64,000 nucleotides of DNA from a virus (taxonomy: Duplodnaviria > Caudoviricetes). The stretch lies in the IMG/VR virus record IMGVR_UViG_2030936005_000025, positions 128,001 through 192,000 of that record; one strand, written 5' to 3'. Below are positions 10,614 through 19,279 of the stretch, piece by piece. Numbering within the stretch: the first letter of the stretch is position 1; the number at the start of each line of letters is the position of its first letter. The notes beneath the pieces were generated by a model. The model did no database searches and had not been told where the DNA came from. It saw nothing but the letters and a program-made list of their open reading frames with translations. Position numbers and translations under genes: made by a program.

Positions 10614-11048
10614 TTAGACGATCTGATTGGTTTCTTTGAACTGAGGAAGCTTATGGTTCGCTTCATCAATCAGCGTCTGTACCAGCGCCGCGTAGCTTTC
10701 CAGTTCGATGTACTTGACATCGCCAGCAGCTTCTACGTGTGGAACAATTTTCAGAATCACCACATCTTCGGTGATGGTTTTGTTGAACACTTGTTTCAGG
10801 TTGCGATAGAAGTCAGCTACCTGAGAAGCGATCAAGTTACCTTTGTTTGGGGTAACGTTGTTCCAGTAAGACAGGATCCAACGAATGAACTTGAAACGTT
10901 CTTCGTCAGTCATGGTGAATGAACCGGTGACATTCAACAGTGCTTTGGAATAAGCCGTCTGAACAACTTCAACCTGAACATCAGGACTCATGACACCGAG
11001 ACCGATCAAGTCTTGCTTAAGTTTTACAATGTGAGCTAAGTGACTCAT
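10614..11048 (-). CDS. Virion-associated hypothetical protein (phiKZ gp85-like position)
   Basis: 144-aa ORF with AGGA SD; synteny only. Confidence 0.5.
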   Translation of the reverse strand: MSHLAHIVKLKQDLIGLGVMSPDVQVEVVQTAYSKALLNVTGSFTMTDEERFKFIRWILSYWNNVTPNKGNLIASQVADFYRNLKQVFNKTITEDVVILKIVPHVEAAGDVKYIELESYAALVQTLIDEANHKLPQFKETNQIV

Positions 11049-11057
11049 AACAATTCC

Positions 11058-12389
11058 TTAAATTGCATCTTTATAAAGTGATAAGGTATGACCAACCAGT
11101 TCATCGGTGAAATGTTCGAAGTCCTGAGCACGGAAGTCACTACCGCTGGCGATATATGAAACAGTACGCTGAACCCAGGTGCCTTCCAGGAATGGTTTTG
11201 CGTCATCACAGATCTTTTCCATTTCCTTGGCTTCAGCCAACATACCGGCTTTGGCTTTTGAATCCAGTGATTTGAGATTGTTAATCTGAACGATGTAATC
11301 ACGAAGGATTGTTTTCACGCGGCGATATGGAGAATCATAAACATCACCCGGTGTCAGCACAGATTGGAATGCAATCAGCGTCATGAAGATGGCGTTTATA
11401 CCGCAGAAAGTAGCTAACAATGGTTGACATGCACCCAGCGCTAACATCATTGCACCCATTGACTGAAGTGCCATCAGCGCGCTCATACGTCCAACGCTTG
11501 GCATAGAAGCCAACGCAGCAACCAGAGATTTAGGGCAGCCCATTCGAACCGCATACAAGTCGGCATAAATCTCAGATGAACGATCTTGCGTTCCCAGAGA
11601 GAGGGTACGACGAGTATCACGAGTACCGGTGGCTTTATTAAAGTAAATGACGAACTCATCACCAGTGAAATCAGCAATGTCTTCTTCTTTTACTTGTTGT
11701 CCCACATTCATAATCTTGAATGCTTCTTTGACAACTTCCACGCGCTGCTTACCATAAAGTTTACCGTCTACAATCAATTTGATTGCAGTAGTAGAAACGA
11801 TAGGATCAACAACACTACGGTAGCAGTGCATGAAGCCGGTAAACACATGACCGCATTCATGAATGATGATTGCCGACAATGCTTCAGCCATAGTGATGTT
11901 ATAACGCTTTAACACCTTATGGCGTAAGAATGAGGAAATGATATCGTTCAGATAAAGAGTGAAACGAACCTTACTGAAGTCACCGCCGATCTTGCCTGTT
12001 GAGGTATCAACCCAACCACGCAATACGTCCGTCTTAAGGCGTTTAAAAGTTTCACCCAGACTGGATTGTTTTGCAGAGAAGAACTGTTCAATGTTCTTGA
12101 TGTTGAGGACGTTGCCTGGGTTAATGAATCCAGCATCAACAGCAGCATTTGGTGGCTGTTCCGCACTGAGCTCAAGGTTAATGCCTGTGTGATACGTGAT
12201 GATCTTTTCTAAGTCTTCAGCGGCATTACCTTCGCCACGTTTCCACACCCAAAACCCATTCGCTTCTTCAAGCGTGGGGGTAAACATTTTAACGAGATCT
12301 TTAAAGAGATCTCCATTCTGATAATCCATAAACTCTAACCCATCGATCTGCAGTTCTTTGGGTCGGTTCAGGAATTCGATACCGAGCAT
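11058..12389 (-). CDS. Virion protein (phiKZ gp84-like) with zincin metallopeptidase motif and hydrophobic segment
   Basis: IIIHECGHVF (HExxH), downstream SEIYADLYA (E..AD), and a long apolar stretch ALMALQSMGAMMLALGACQPLLATFCGINAIFMTLIAF. Confidence 0.6.
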   Translation of the reverse strand: MLGIEFLNRPKELQIDGLEFMDYQNGDLFKDLVKMFTPTLEEANGFWVWKRGEGNAAEDLEKIITYHTGINLELSAEQPPNAAVDAGFINPGNVLNIKNIEQFFSAKQSSLGETFKRLKTDVLRGWVDTSTGKIGGDFSKVRFTLYLNDIISSFLRHKVLKRYNITMAEALSAIIIHECGHVFTGFMHCYRSVVDPIVSTTAIKLIVDGKLYGKQRVEVVKEAFKIMNVGQQVKEEDIADFTGDEFVIYFNKATGTRDTRRTLSLGTQDRSSEIYADLYAVRMGCPKSLVAALASMPSVGRMSALMALQSMGAMMLALGACQPLLATFCGINAIFMTLIAFQSVLTPGDVYDSPYRRVKTILRDYIVQINNLKSLDSKAKAGMLAEAKEMEKICDDAKPFLEGTWVQRTVSYIASGSDFRAQDFEHFTDELVGHTLSLYKDAI

Positions 12390-12473
12390 AAATGGTACTC
12401 CGGAGTAAATAAAAAGGGTGAGTCAAATTGTGTAGAAAATTTAACTTGCGACGTCATAACATTCGGGAACAAG

Positions 12474-14231
12474 ATGACTATTAAAAATGACAGTCCTATT
12501 GTTGGACGTGTATGTAAACACGCATACCTTTCTTACAGTAGAGCTAACCGAGACAATGATCTCTTAGTAGCCAAGATTACCAATATCCATGAAGATGGAT
12601 CACGTAGTCATAAGCTTGCTCAAATTGAAAACTTTAAACGTGACTTCTATATCGTTAAGAAGAAGTTTCAACAGTTTAAAGATAAACGCGATTACATTGA
12701 AACCAACAAGTGTGATAAGTACAGTGCCAATGAATCCCGTCTTGCGTTAAACATCAGCAAGATTCTCTTTGGTCGTCCTGATCGTAATGCACAACTTACT
12801 GACCTGAAGAACAACCCGTATGTTTTTGGTTGCCAGGAATCGGTACCGGTTGTGTATAAAGAAAAGTATTACAAGAAGTATCCTGAGCATCAACCACAGG
12901 AAGCCTTTGGCGTAGCAGCATACGACGTTGAGACATACATCCTTGACGACGGTAGTGTGGGTCCGGTTAACATGGCATCGACCACACACGGTGCACACGT
13001 ATTCTGGGCTGGCATGCGTAGCTACTTCCCTGAGGAAGATCAGAAAGACGATGCAATCATTTTGCGTAAGCTTAATGAATGTGCTCAGAAACATCTGTCT
13101 GAATACATGAAGCTTCACAATGTCGAGAAGATCAACTGGAATCTGGTTGATACTCCTGGACAAGTTGTTTATGCAAACGTTCAATACTGGCATCATTGCG
13201 GGATGGACTTCATTGTTAGCTGGAATGCTAACTTTGATATGGAACGTAATCAGGAAGCATTGGAGAACGAAGGCTATGACCTGAAACAGGTTTACAGCGA
13301 TCCAAGTATTCCACCGTGCTATCAAGATTACTTCTATTTCCCAGGTCGTGAGTTCAAGACCAAAGTGGACGGTTCTAAATCACCACTGGAAAACCAAGAA
13401 CGTTTCCCTGTTGTTCAAGCACCGGCTAACTGGCAGTGGTTTGACGGTATGTCGTTCTATGCAATTAAACGTGCTCCAGGCGGTAAGAAAGAGTCTTACT
13501 CGTTGCAGAACACGGCAATTGCAGAAGGGGTAGAAGGTAAGCTTTATATTCCAGAAGCAGATCATCTCCAGGCAGGTTCAGCTGAATGGCATAAATTCAT
13601 GGTGAAGAACTATCCTTATGAATATGTCATGTACAACATCCGAGATAACTGGGTTATCGAAGATCTGAACCGTAAAACAAATGACTACTCTCTGTCATTG
13701 CCTTCTCTGGTGACGTCTTCTGAACTGAAGTCTTATCAGTCTCAGCCTTCTATGATCTCAGATAAACTGTCGTTCATTGCTTTAGAACACGGTTACGTTT
13801 GGGGAACAGTGGGTCGTAAGAAAGAAGATATCTGGAAAGAGATCAAACCAGACCTGCGTGACTGGATAGCTCTGCTGCACGCTGAGCTTAATGAAGATAA
13901 AGGTAAGGCAATCTATGCCGGACTCCCTTCATGGCGTTCACGTGGTCGTGGCGATACAGATGACATCGATGTAACCGGTGCTTATCCTCACATTACAGTT
14001 TCTCTTAATGTGTCGAATAAGACCACCAAACTTGAAGTCTGTGAAGTGGAAGGATTGGACCGTATGGAGTTCCGTCGTTTAGGTGTGAACTACGCATCAA
14101 GTCCTATCGCTAATGCAGTGACGCTGTGTAATACCATTTACGGTATGCCTCAGTTAACTGAGATTAGTTCTTTCTATGAAGCGTCTGTTATCCCGTTCAT
14201 CAAAGAACAAGAAATGAAGAAAGCTGCATAA
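12474..14231 (+). CDS. Split family-B DNA polymerase, exonuclease + motif A half (phiKZ gp82-like)
   Basis: ExoI AAYDVETY, ExoII SWNANFD, ExoIII YNIRD, and PolB motif A DIDVTGAYP near the C-terminus. Confidence 0.8.
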   Translation: MTIKNDSPIVGRVCKHAYLSYSRANRDNDLLVAKITNIHEDGSRSHKLAQIENFKRDFYIVKKKFQQFKDKRDYIETNKCDKYSANESRLALNISKILFGRPDRNAQLTDLKNNPYVFGCQESVPVVYKEKYYKKYPEHQPQEAFGVAAYDVETYILDDGSVGPVNMASTTHGAHVFWAGMRSYFPEEDQKDDAIILRKLNECAQKHLSEYMKLHNVEKINWNLVDTPGQVVYANVQYWHHCGMDFIVSWNANFDMERNQEALENEGYDLKQVYSDPSIPPCYQDYFYFPGREFKTKVDGSKSPLENQERFPVVQAPANWQWFDGMSFYAIKRAPGGKKESYSLQNTAIAEGVEGKLYIPEADHLQAGSAEWHKFMVKNYPYEYVMYNIRDNWVIEDLNRKTNDYSLSLPSLVTSSELKSYQSQPSMISDKLSFIALEHGYVWGTVGRKKEDIWKEIKPDLRDWIALLHAELNEDKGKAIYAGLPSWRSRGRGDTDDIDVTGAYPHITVSLNVSNKTTKLEVCEVEGLDRMEFRRLGVNYASSPIANAVTLCNTIYGMPQLTEISSFYEASVIPFIKEQEMKKAA

Positions 14232-14237
14232 AGCATA

Positions 14238-14265
14238 CTCCTACTCACCCAAGGGTGAGTAGGAG
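14238..14265. terminator. Bidirectional hairpin between convergent genes
   Basis: CTCCTACTCACCC-AA-GGGTGAGTAGGAG, a perfect 13-bp inverted repeat. Confidence 0.8.
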
Positions 14266-14271
14266 ATTATG

Positions 14272-14934
14272 TTACTTTTTACCAAATGCTTCGGCAATGT
14301 AAGAAGTTAATTTATTAACTGGTTCAGCAAAGCTTTTGTACTCTTTAACTGCCTTGTCATAAGGAGCATGGGGATCCATCTGCTTCTTAGGCATGTGCTT
14401 ATTACAATAAGTAATAAACGCTGAGCTAACTTTGTCAATCTGAGCCAGTAAGGAATCAAGCGCCAACAATACTGCTGCTGGGCGACCATCTTCCTTAAAT
14501 GCAGAAAGTGCTTTATCAGCGGCACTTATAACTTCTTTACCATTGATTTCTTCAGGGAGCCCTTCAGCCGCTTTCTTTACTGATTCAATTTTACCGACCA
14601 TAGTGGTAGCAATTTTCTTGCGGGCCGCATCTTTCTCTTCGTCACTACCGTCGCCGAACAAATGTTTGGCTTTAGCGCGTGTAGATTTGAAAGCTTCAGA
14701 GAACCACTTCTTGATGGCTTCAAAGAGTTTCTTAATGAACTCACCAGTTTTAGCAGCACCTGCTTTGACGTTATCAAGGAAACCTTCTTGACCGGCAACG
14801 GAGCCCATGTCTACTGTGTGAAGCTTAAGTACTGCAAACGCATAACGTGCGTCACCTGAAGTACGATCGCCAGCAGTGATAGATTCACAGCCAGTAACCA
14901 TATTACTAAAATGTTCTACATCTGAAAAACTCAT
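14272..14934 (-). CDS. Small internal head protein paralog (220 aa)
   Basis: TGCE|SI and AGQE|GFLDNVK motifs followed by the amphipathic FIKKLFEAIKKWF helix, like the other head paralogs here. Confidence 0.6.
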   Translation of the reverse strand: MSFSDVEHFSNMVTGCESITAGDRTSGDARYAFAVLKLHTVDMGSVAGQEGFLDNVKAGAAKTGEFIKKLFEAIKKWFSEAFKSTRAKAKHLFGDGSDEEKDAARKKIATTMVGKIESVKKAAEGLPEEINGKEVISAADKALSAFKEDGRPAAVLLALDSLLAQIDKVSSAFITYCNKHMPKKQMDPHAPYDKAVKEYKSFAEPVNKLTSYIAEAFGKK

Positions 14935-14980
14935 GGGACGTTCCTTGAAGGTATGAAAAAAAAAGAATATTACAAATAAT

Positions 14981-15010
14981 CCTACCCTACCCCGTGAAGG
15001 ATAGAGTAGG
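14981..15010 (-). terminator. Hairpin followed by T-tract
   Basis: Minus strand CCTACTCTATCC-TTCACG-GGGTAGGGTAGG (G-U pairs), with a T9 run downstream. Confidence 0.7.
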
Positions 15011-15022
15011 AGTTAGTACCGA

Positions 15023-15556
15023 TTAACGGTGCACGTAGTTGTGCAGATTTTGCGCAGCTTTGGTTGCGAACATGGCTGTAAACTTAGTCATGTCAAACAT
15101 CTGCGTAAAGGTATCACGCGAGCGAGCATGCTCGGAAAGCAGGGTGATGAACATGATGAAACGCTTGTAGCGAACCAGTTCACTTGCGTTAATCAGACCT
15201 TCCAGGGTAGACAGCGGGGCCAGGACATTGTTCCATTCGAACGCGTTCTGGTTCTTACCCACAGTGATCAGGAAATAGTCCAATGCTTCTTTACATTGAG
15301 CGTAATCCATCTCCAGCATACCCCAACAGGTTTTGATCACACTCTTCTGCTGGTTGCGACGTTCTTCCAACGTACCGGCAGCGATCTCACCTTTCAGGAA
15401 CTTAACGAAATCGTCGATACCATTTTTATAGATATCAACTGGACCGTTAACAACACGGGTTTCGTTCTCTTGGGTATTCTGCTGTTCAGCTTCTACCTGA
15501 GCAGTAACCGCGTTCTGACGCTTCTCTACTTTTGGTGGGGTGAAATTATCGCCCAT
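15023..15556 (-). CDS. Conserved hypothetical protein (177 aa)
   Basis: TAATG stop/start coupling to the upstream ORF. Confidence 0.65.
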   Translation of the reverse strand: MGDNFTPPKVEKRQNAVTAQVEAEQQNTQENETRVVNGPVDIYKNGIDDFVKFLKGEIAAGTLEERRNQQKSVIKTCWGMLEMDYAQCKEALDYFLITVGKNQNAFEWNNVLAPLSTLEGLINASELVRYKRFIMFITLLSEHARSRDTFTQMFDMTKFTAMFATKAAQNLHNYVHR

Positions 15557-15981
15557 TATTTATCTCCACGTTGAGCGGCTTGAAGTGCCGCCAATTCACT
15601 TTTATTCATACCGTGACCAGAGGCAGCTTGTGCAGCAGCGCGATCGGCCGCAGCCTTCTTCTGCTTGGCGAGATCCTCTTGACCACGACCGACTCCTTCC
15701 AAAATATCGTCCATGAGATCGATTGGCATCTCAAGACAGTCTTTTAATGAAAGGAACTTACTGTATTCCCGTGACCCGAAGGTGTGCCCAAAGTTCTTTG
15801 CAGACCAGAGATGGAATAGATCTCTACGCTGATGGTTATATTTGAGCTGGGGGTTACCATTTTGGTTATCACCCACCCAGCCTCGCATTACCATAGCAAT
15901 CTTCCGGTTGATCATTGCCCTTTTGAGAGCGTCCTTCTCATTAGCATGTTTGACAAACAGAGCCAGTGCTTTGTTCACCAT
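15556..15981 (-). CDS. Hypothetical ORF (141 aa); probably the C-terminal part of a -1 frameshift fusion with 16008..17630
   Basis: Its frame is open upstream to 16122 with no Met. The SD is poorly spaced (TAAGG only 2 nt before ATG). Confidence 0.6.
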   Translation of the reverse strand: MVNKALALFVKHANEKDALKRAMINRKIAMVMRGWVGDNQNGNPQLKYNHQRRDLFHLWSAKNFGHTFGSREYSKFLSLKDCLEMPIDLMDDILEGVGRGQEDLAKQKKAAADRAAAQAASGHGMNKSELAALQAAQRGDK

Positions 15982-16007
15982 TGCCTTAGGAAGGTCACTC
16001 TCATCAG

Positions 16008-17630
16008 TTAAGAAAGATTTTCCTCGATAGTACTCGCCGCGGTCTCTCTCATACCAATCATCATTCGGGTACGGTCGAAAAAATTCATGATCGGATCGAT
16101 CGGCGTAAAGCCTTTGATCATTTCATGATCTTTCATTTCAGAAGTTTGTTTACACGCTGGGCATGTGTCATTCGGAATACCGACATAGGTAAACGTCATG
16201 CGCGGGATAGAGGTGATGAGTTTCTGAAGTGCCTGAACGTACAGGTCTTCATCATCGCTGAAGTTATCCAACAGACCTTGTTCAAAGCTCTCTGGATCTT
16301 CATCACGTTTGATGACTTCAATCTCACCTTCAGTACCCGGCTCTGGATCATACTCAACGCTTTCGATCCACTGAAGATATTCACTACCACGGATACCCGA
16401 CATGTACTGCTTACGCTTCTCTGCAAACTTCTCTGTGTTAGGGAAGTCCATAGCAAGCTGACGCAGCTCTGGGTTGATGCGGTTGCTCATACGGTGGAAG
16501 GTGGCGAAGAAGTCATCCAGGTAAGGGATACCTACGTTATAACGACCGAGACCAGGAATAGGAATAGTAGTATCCAGTTCCTTGCCTTCTTGATCCTTGT
16601 ACACCGGGCGCAGTTTAGCCAACTCTTCACGTGACAGCTTGCGACCTTTGTTTACCACCTCGTAAAGAACTTCACGACGTTCTTCTGACATGTCTTCTTC
16701 AACATCCAGAACCATGGTGGTTGGATCGACAACCTGAACATCTGCATGCGCACATTTGTTTGCTACACAGTACATACGGAAGGACACGCCTTTCGGTGCT
16801 GTGGTGCAGAGCAGACCCATTACCATTGGGTTCAAGTCGTTCAACATAATGTAACGCTTGAGCTCAAAGTGATCGACCACATCTTTCACGCTGTGATACT
16901 TCACACGATCCAGAATAAAGTCAACCAGGATCTCACCGATACCAGCACGTTCCAGGTGCAGCGCACTGACGTTGTAACGCTCACCGTAGGTTTGCAGGCG
17001 AGTACCGATGGTGTTGATCAGACGGATAAGGTCTGGTGCAGTTGGAATTTCAACACGCAGGAAGATCAATGAGTTCAACAGAATAATGTTGAAGGTGTCA
17101 GGATCACCACGACCACCACGCAGATGACGACGCATACGGTCACGCGGTGACAGTGATTTATCGTTGCTTGGTTTAACCGGGGAGATAGTGCCGATACGGG
17201 TACCGTCTTTACCTGGGACAGTATTCGCCAGGTTTTCACGCAGAGTGATGTCAATGTTCTCATCACGCATCATCAGACGGTCGACACCACGATAGATGAA
17301 GCTCATGTAGTTAACCAACATGGCAACCAGTTCTTCTTCATCCATCTCTGGGAAGTTCTCTTTCACCAGCTCGTCATAGCTGACTTGCAGTGACTTAGAG
17401 TCACGACCCTTGCCGGTGTTTGCTTCTTCGGTCAACGCACGCTGTAAAGCGGTATATGTTGCCGCTGTTTTATAGATGCTACGGTGAACGTCACCAATAG
17501 CACCCACAAAGACAGGAATAATGGTGGGATCGAATTCGCCGTCATGCGCACGAATAACAGAATCACGCAATACCTTCATTGCGGTTTCTTTTTGAATTCC
17601 CTTTTCCAATTCAGACTTTTCTTCGGACAT
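16008..17630 (-). CDS. Conserved protein, phiKZ gp77-like; possible tail/baseplate assembly chaperone
   Basis: 540 aa with Cys motifs YCVANKCAH and TCPACK (possible Zn site); synteny. Function is inference. Confidence 0.55.
   Translation of the reverse strand: MSEEKSELEKGIQKETAMKVLRDSVIRAHDGEFDPTIIPVFVGAIGDVHRSIYKTAATYTALQRALTEEANTGKGRDSKSLQVSYDELVKENFPEMDEEELVAMLVNYMSFIYRGVDRLMMRDENIDITLRENLANTVPGKDGTRIGTISPVKPSNDKSLSPRDRMRRHLRGGRGDPDTFNIILLNSLIFLRVEIPTAPDLIRLINTIGTRLQTYGERYNVSALHLERAGIGEILVDFILDRVKYHSVKDVVDHFELKRYIMLNDLNPMVMGLLCTTAPKGVSFRMYCVANKCAHADVQVVDPTTMVLDVEEDMSEERREVLYEVVNKGRKLSREELAKLRPVYKDQEGKELDTTIPIPGLGRYNVGIPYLDDFFATFHRMSNRINPELRQLAMDFPNTEKFAEKRKQYMSGIRGSEYLQWIESVEYDPEPGTEGEIEVIKRDEDPESFEQGLLDNFSDDEDLYVQALQKLITSIPRMTFTYVGIPNDTCPACKQTSEMKDHEMIKGFTPIDPIMNFFDRTRMMIGMRETAASTIEENLS
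16077..16083 (-). other. Candidate -1 ribosomal frameshift slippery heptamer T TTT TTC
   Basis: Codons 516-518 AAT TTT TTC of the 540-aa ORF form an X XXY YYZ site in the correct phase. The -1 frame continues stop-free into 15556..15981. Confidence 0.6.
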
Positions 17631-17656
17631 CTTTTATTTCCTGTGGGGAGAGTGAA

Positions 17657-18364
17657 TTATTCTGCAATTGCTTCCGCAGGTGTAGCAGCAATAGCTTCTG
17701 CATTTTTGCTATCAATCTCAGCTTTAACTTCGCCGAGGTACTGATAGGCAAAACGTTGAAGGACTTCGAAACGTTGTTGGGTTGCGTCATCAACACCCTC
17801 AACTTCTTTAGCCAGACGAGACAGAGACTCTTCAATTACCAGAGCGTGTGTTTCACTGCGTTCGACTTCAGCATACAACTCTTCAGCAAAGTTGCTGAGG
17901 ATAGTGCCGAGATCCAGACTTTCAGTGAACACAGCATCCTCTTCATCGGCTTCAACCAGTTTAGCCAATGTCTGAATACGTCTGTCCACGTCAATCAGAC
18001 TGACCGAGATAGCTTTCAGATCGATAACCAGTTTGAAATCAATCACGCCTTCTTTGGCCAGCGCTTCTACCATCGTAATATATGAGTAGAGCTTAAATAC
18101 TTCGCCGGTAGACTTCTTCAGTCCTTCCAGCACATCTTGCAGAGAGGTGAACTCGGCAGTAGTCTGACGACGGTTGTTGATGTCGCGTACTGCATTGCTC
18201 AGGACATCATCGAACTCCATGCGTTTACCTTCCATCAAACCACGGAATTGCTTCTTACGCACTTCAGAAGGAGTGTTACGTGCTTTGTTGGCAGAAACTT
18301 TCTTGGTCTTAGCACGGGCGTTACGCTTGTTAGCACGAGCTTGTGAACTCTTTGCTTTGGTCAT
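17657..18364 (-). CDS. Hypothetical protein with very basic N-terminal tail (phiKZ gp78-like position)
   Basis: 235 aa; K/R/A-rich first 40 residues, acidic helical remainder; AAGGAG SD. Confidence 0.65.
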   Translation of the reverse strand: MTKAKSSQARANKRNARAKTKKVSANKARNTPSEVRKKQFRGLMEGKRMEFDDVLSNAVRDINNRRQTTAEFTSLQDVLEGLKKSTGEVFKLYSYITMVEALAKEGVIDFKLVIDLKAISVSLIDVDRRIQTLAKLVEADEEDAVFTESLDLGTILSNFAEELYAEVERSETHALVIEESLSRLAKEVEGVDDATQQRFEVLQRFAYQYLGEVKAEIDSKNAEAIAATPAEAIAE

Positions 18365-18400
18365 CTTATGACTCCTTAAAAAGATTAATGGGTAATAACT

Positions 18401-19279
18401 ATGTCAGAAATGATTGATCTCACTAATGTGGATCTTGGTGTGGAAAATTTAGGTGAAATGTGGGTCGACTTTATTGCGCGATGCACACCTCACCAAGCTA
18501 CACTATTCAACGAGTCGTATAATTTAATTGCGATTTCGTTCCCTGAAAGCTTTATTGATAATACCCTTAACCAGATGTTCATCGATGAATCTCTGGATAC
18601 GTCAGAATTAATGGCACACGTCAGAGTGCTGTTTATTAACACGATCATCGACGCGTTACAGATGATGGGAATTATCATTGACAAAGACTACGTTGAACTC
18701 AATACCTTATCTGAGCTCAAAAGTATTCTTGATACAATCTATCTCTTTGATGGATTGACTGATTTGTTAGGTCTGGTTCAGATTCTTAATGATGAGGAAC
18801 TAGACTGTAAAGATCGTTTCATTCAGGTTGTTCAAATGACGCAACCTCAATACGATATGAGCAACGCTGATTACTTCATTAGTGAAGTATCACCTAACAC
18901 CATTCGTGGTATTCTTATCGGTCTGAACGTCATTGATGAAGATGATACGACGTATGTGGATCATACTGTTCGTGATCGTATTCGTGCTAACAAGATGTTC
19001 TTGTCTGGCACCTGTGGTGGTCAGCACGTGGTTGACGAAGGTGGATTAGGTCAACCGGTAGATGGATATCTGAAGATCTTCATGAGTGAACTGGCCAGTA
19101 ACTTAGCCACTGACTCTAACAAGTATTTAACCAACGTACTCTCATTGATGATTATCTCTTCATTGACTGACTCTCAGATTCAAGGACAGTTCTCTGCTTT
19201 GATCGAAGACCAGACCAACACCATTGAAGAAGCGTATAAAGCAATGGAGATTATGAAGAAGGTGAAGTTAAATGCATAA
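18401..19279 (+). CDS. Conserved protein (phiKZ gp79-like position)
   Basis: 292-aa acidic helical ORF overlapping the RNAP gene start. Confidence 0.6.
   Translation: MSEMIDLTNVDLGVENLGEMWVDFIARCTPHQATLFNESYNLIAISFPESFIDNTLNQMFIDESLDTSELMAHVRVLFINTIIDALQMMGIIIDKDYVELNTLSELKSILDTIYLFDGLTDLLGLVQILNDEELDCKDRFIQVVQMTQPQYDMSNADYFISEVSPNTIRGILIGLNVIDEDDTTYVDHTVRDRIRANKMFLSGTCGGQHVVDEGGLGQPVDGYLKIFMSELASNLATDSNKYLTNVLSLMIISSLTDSQIQGQFSALIEDQTNTIEEAYKAMEIMKKVKLNA

Noticed and set aside
14000-14231. Split-intein trans-splicing of the two PolB halves
   Set aside because: No intein block A (C/S-start) after motif A and no His-Asn/Cys junction at the start of the second half.
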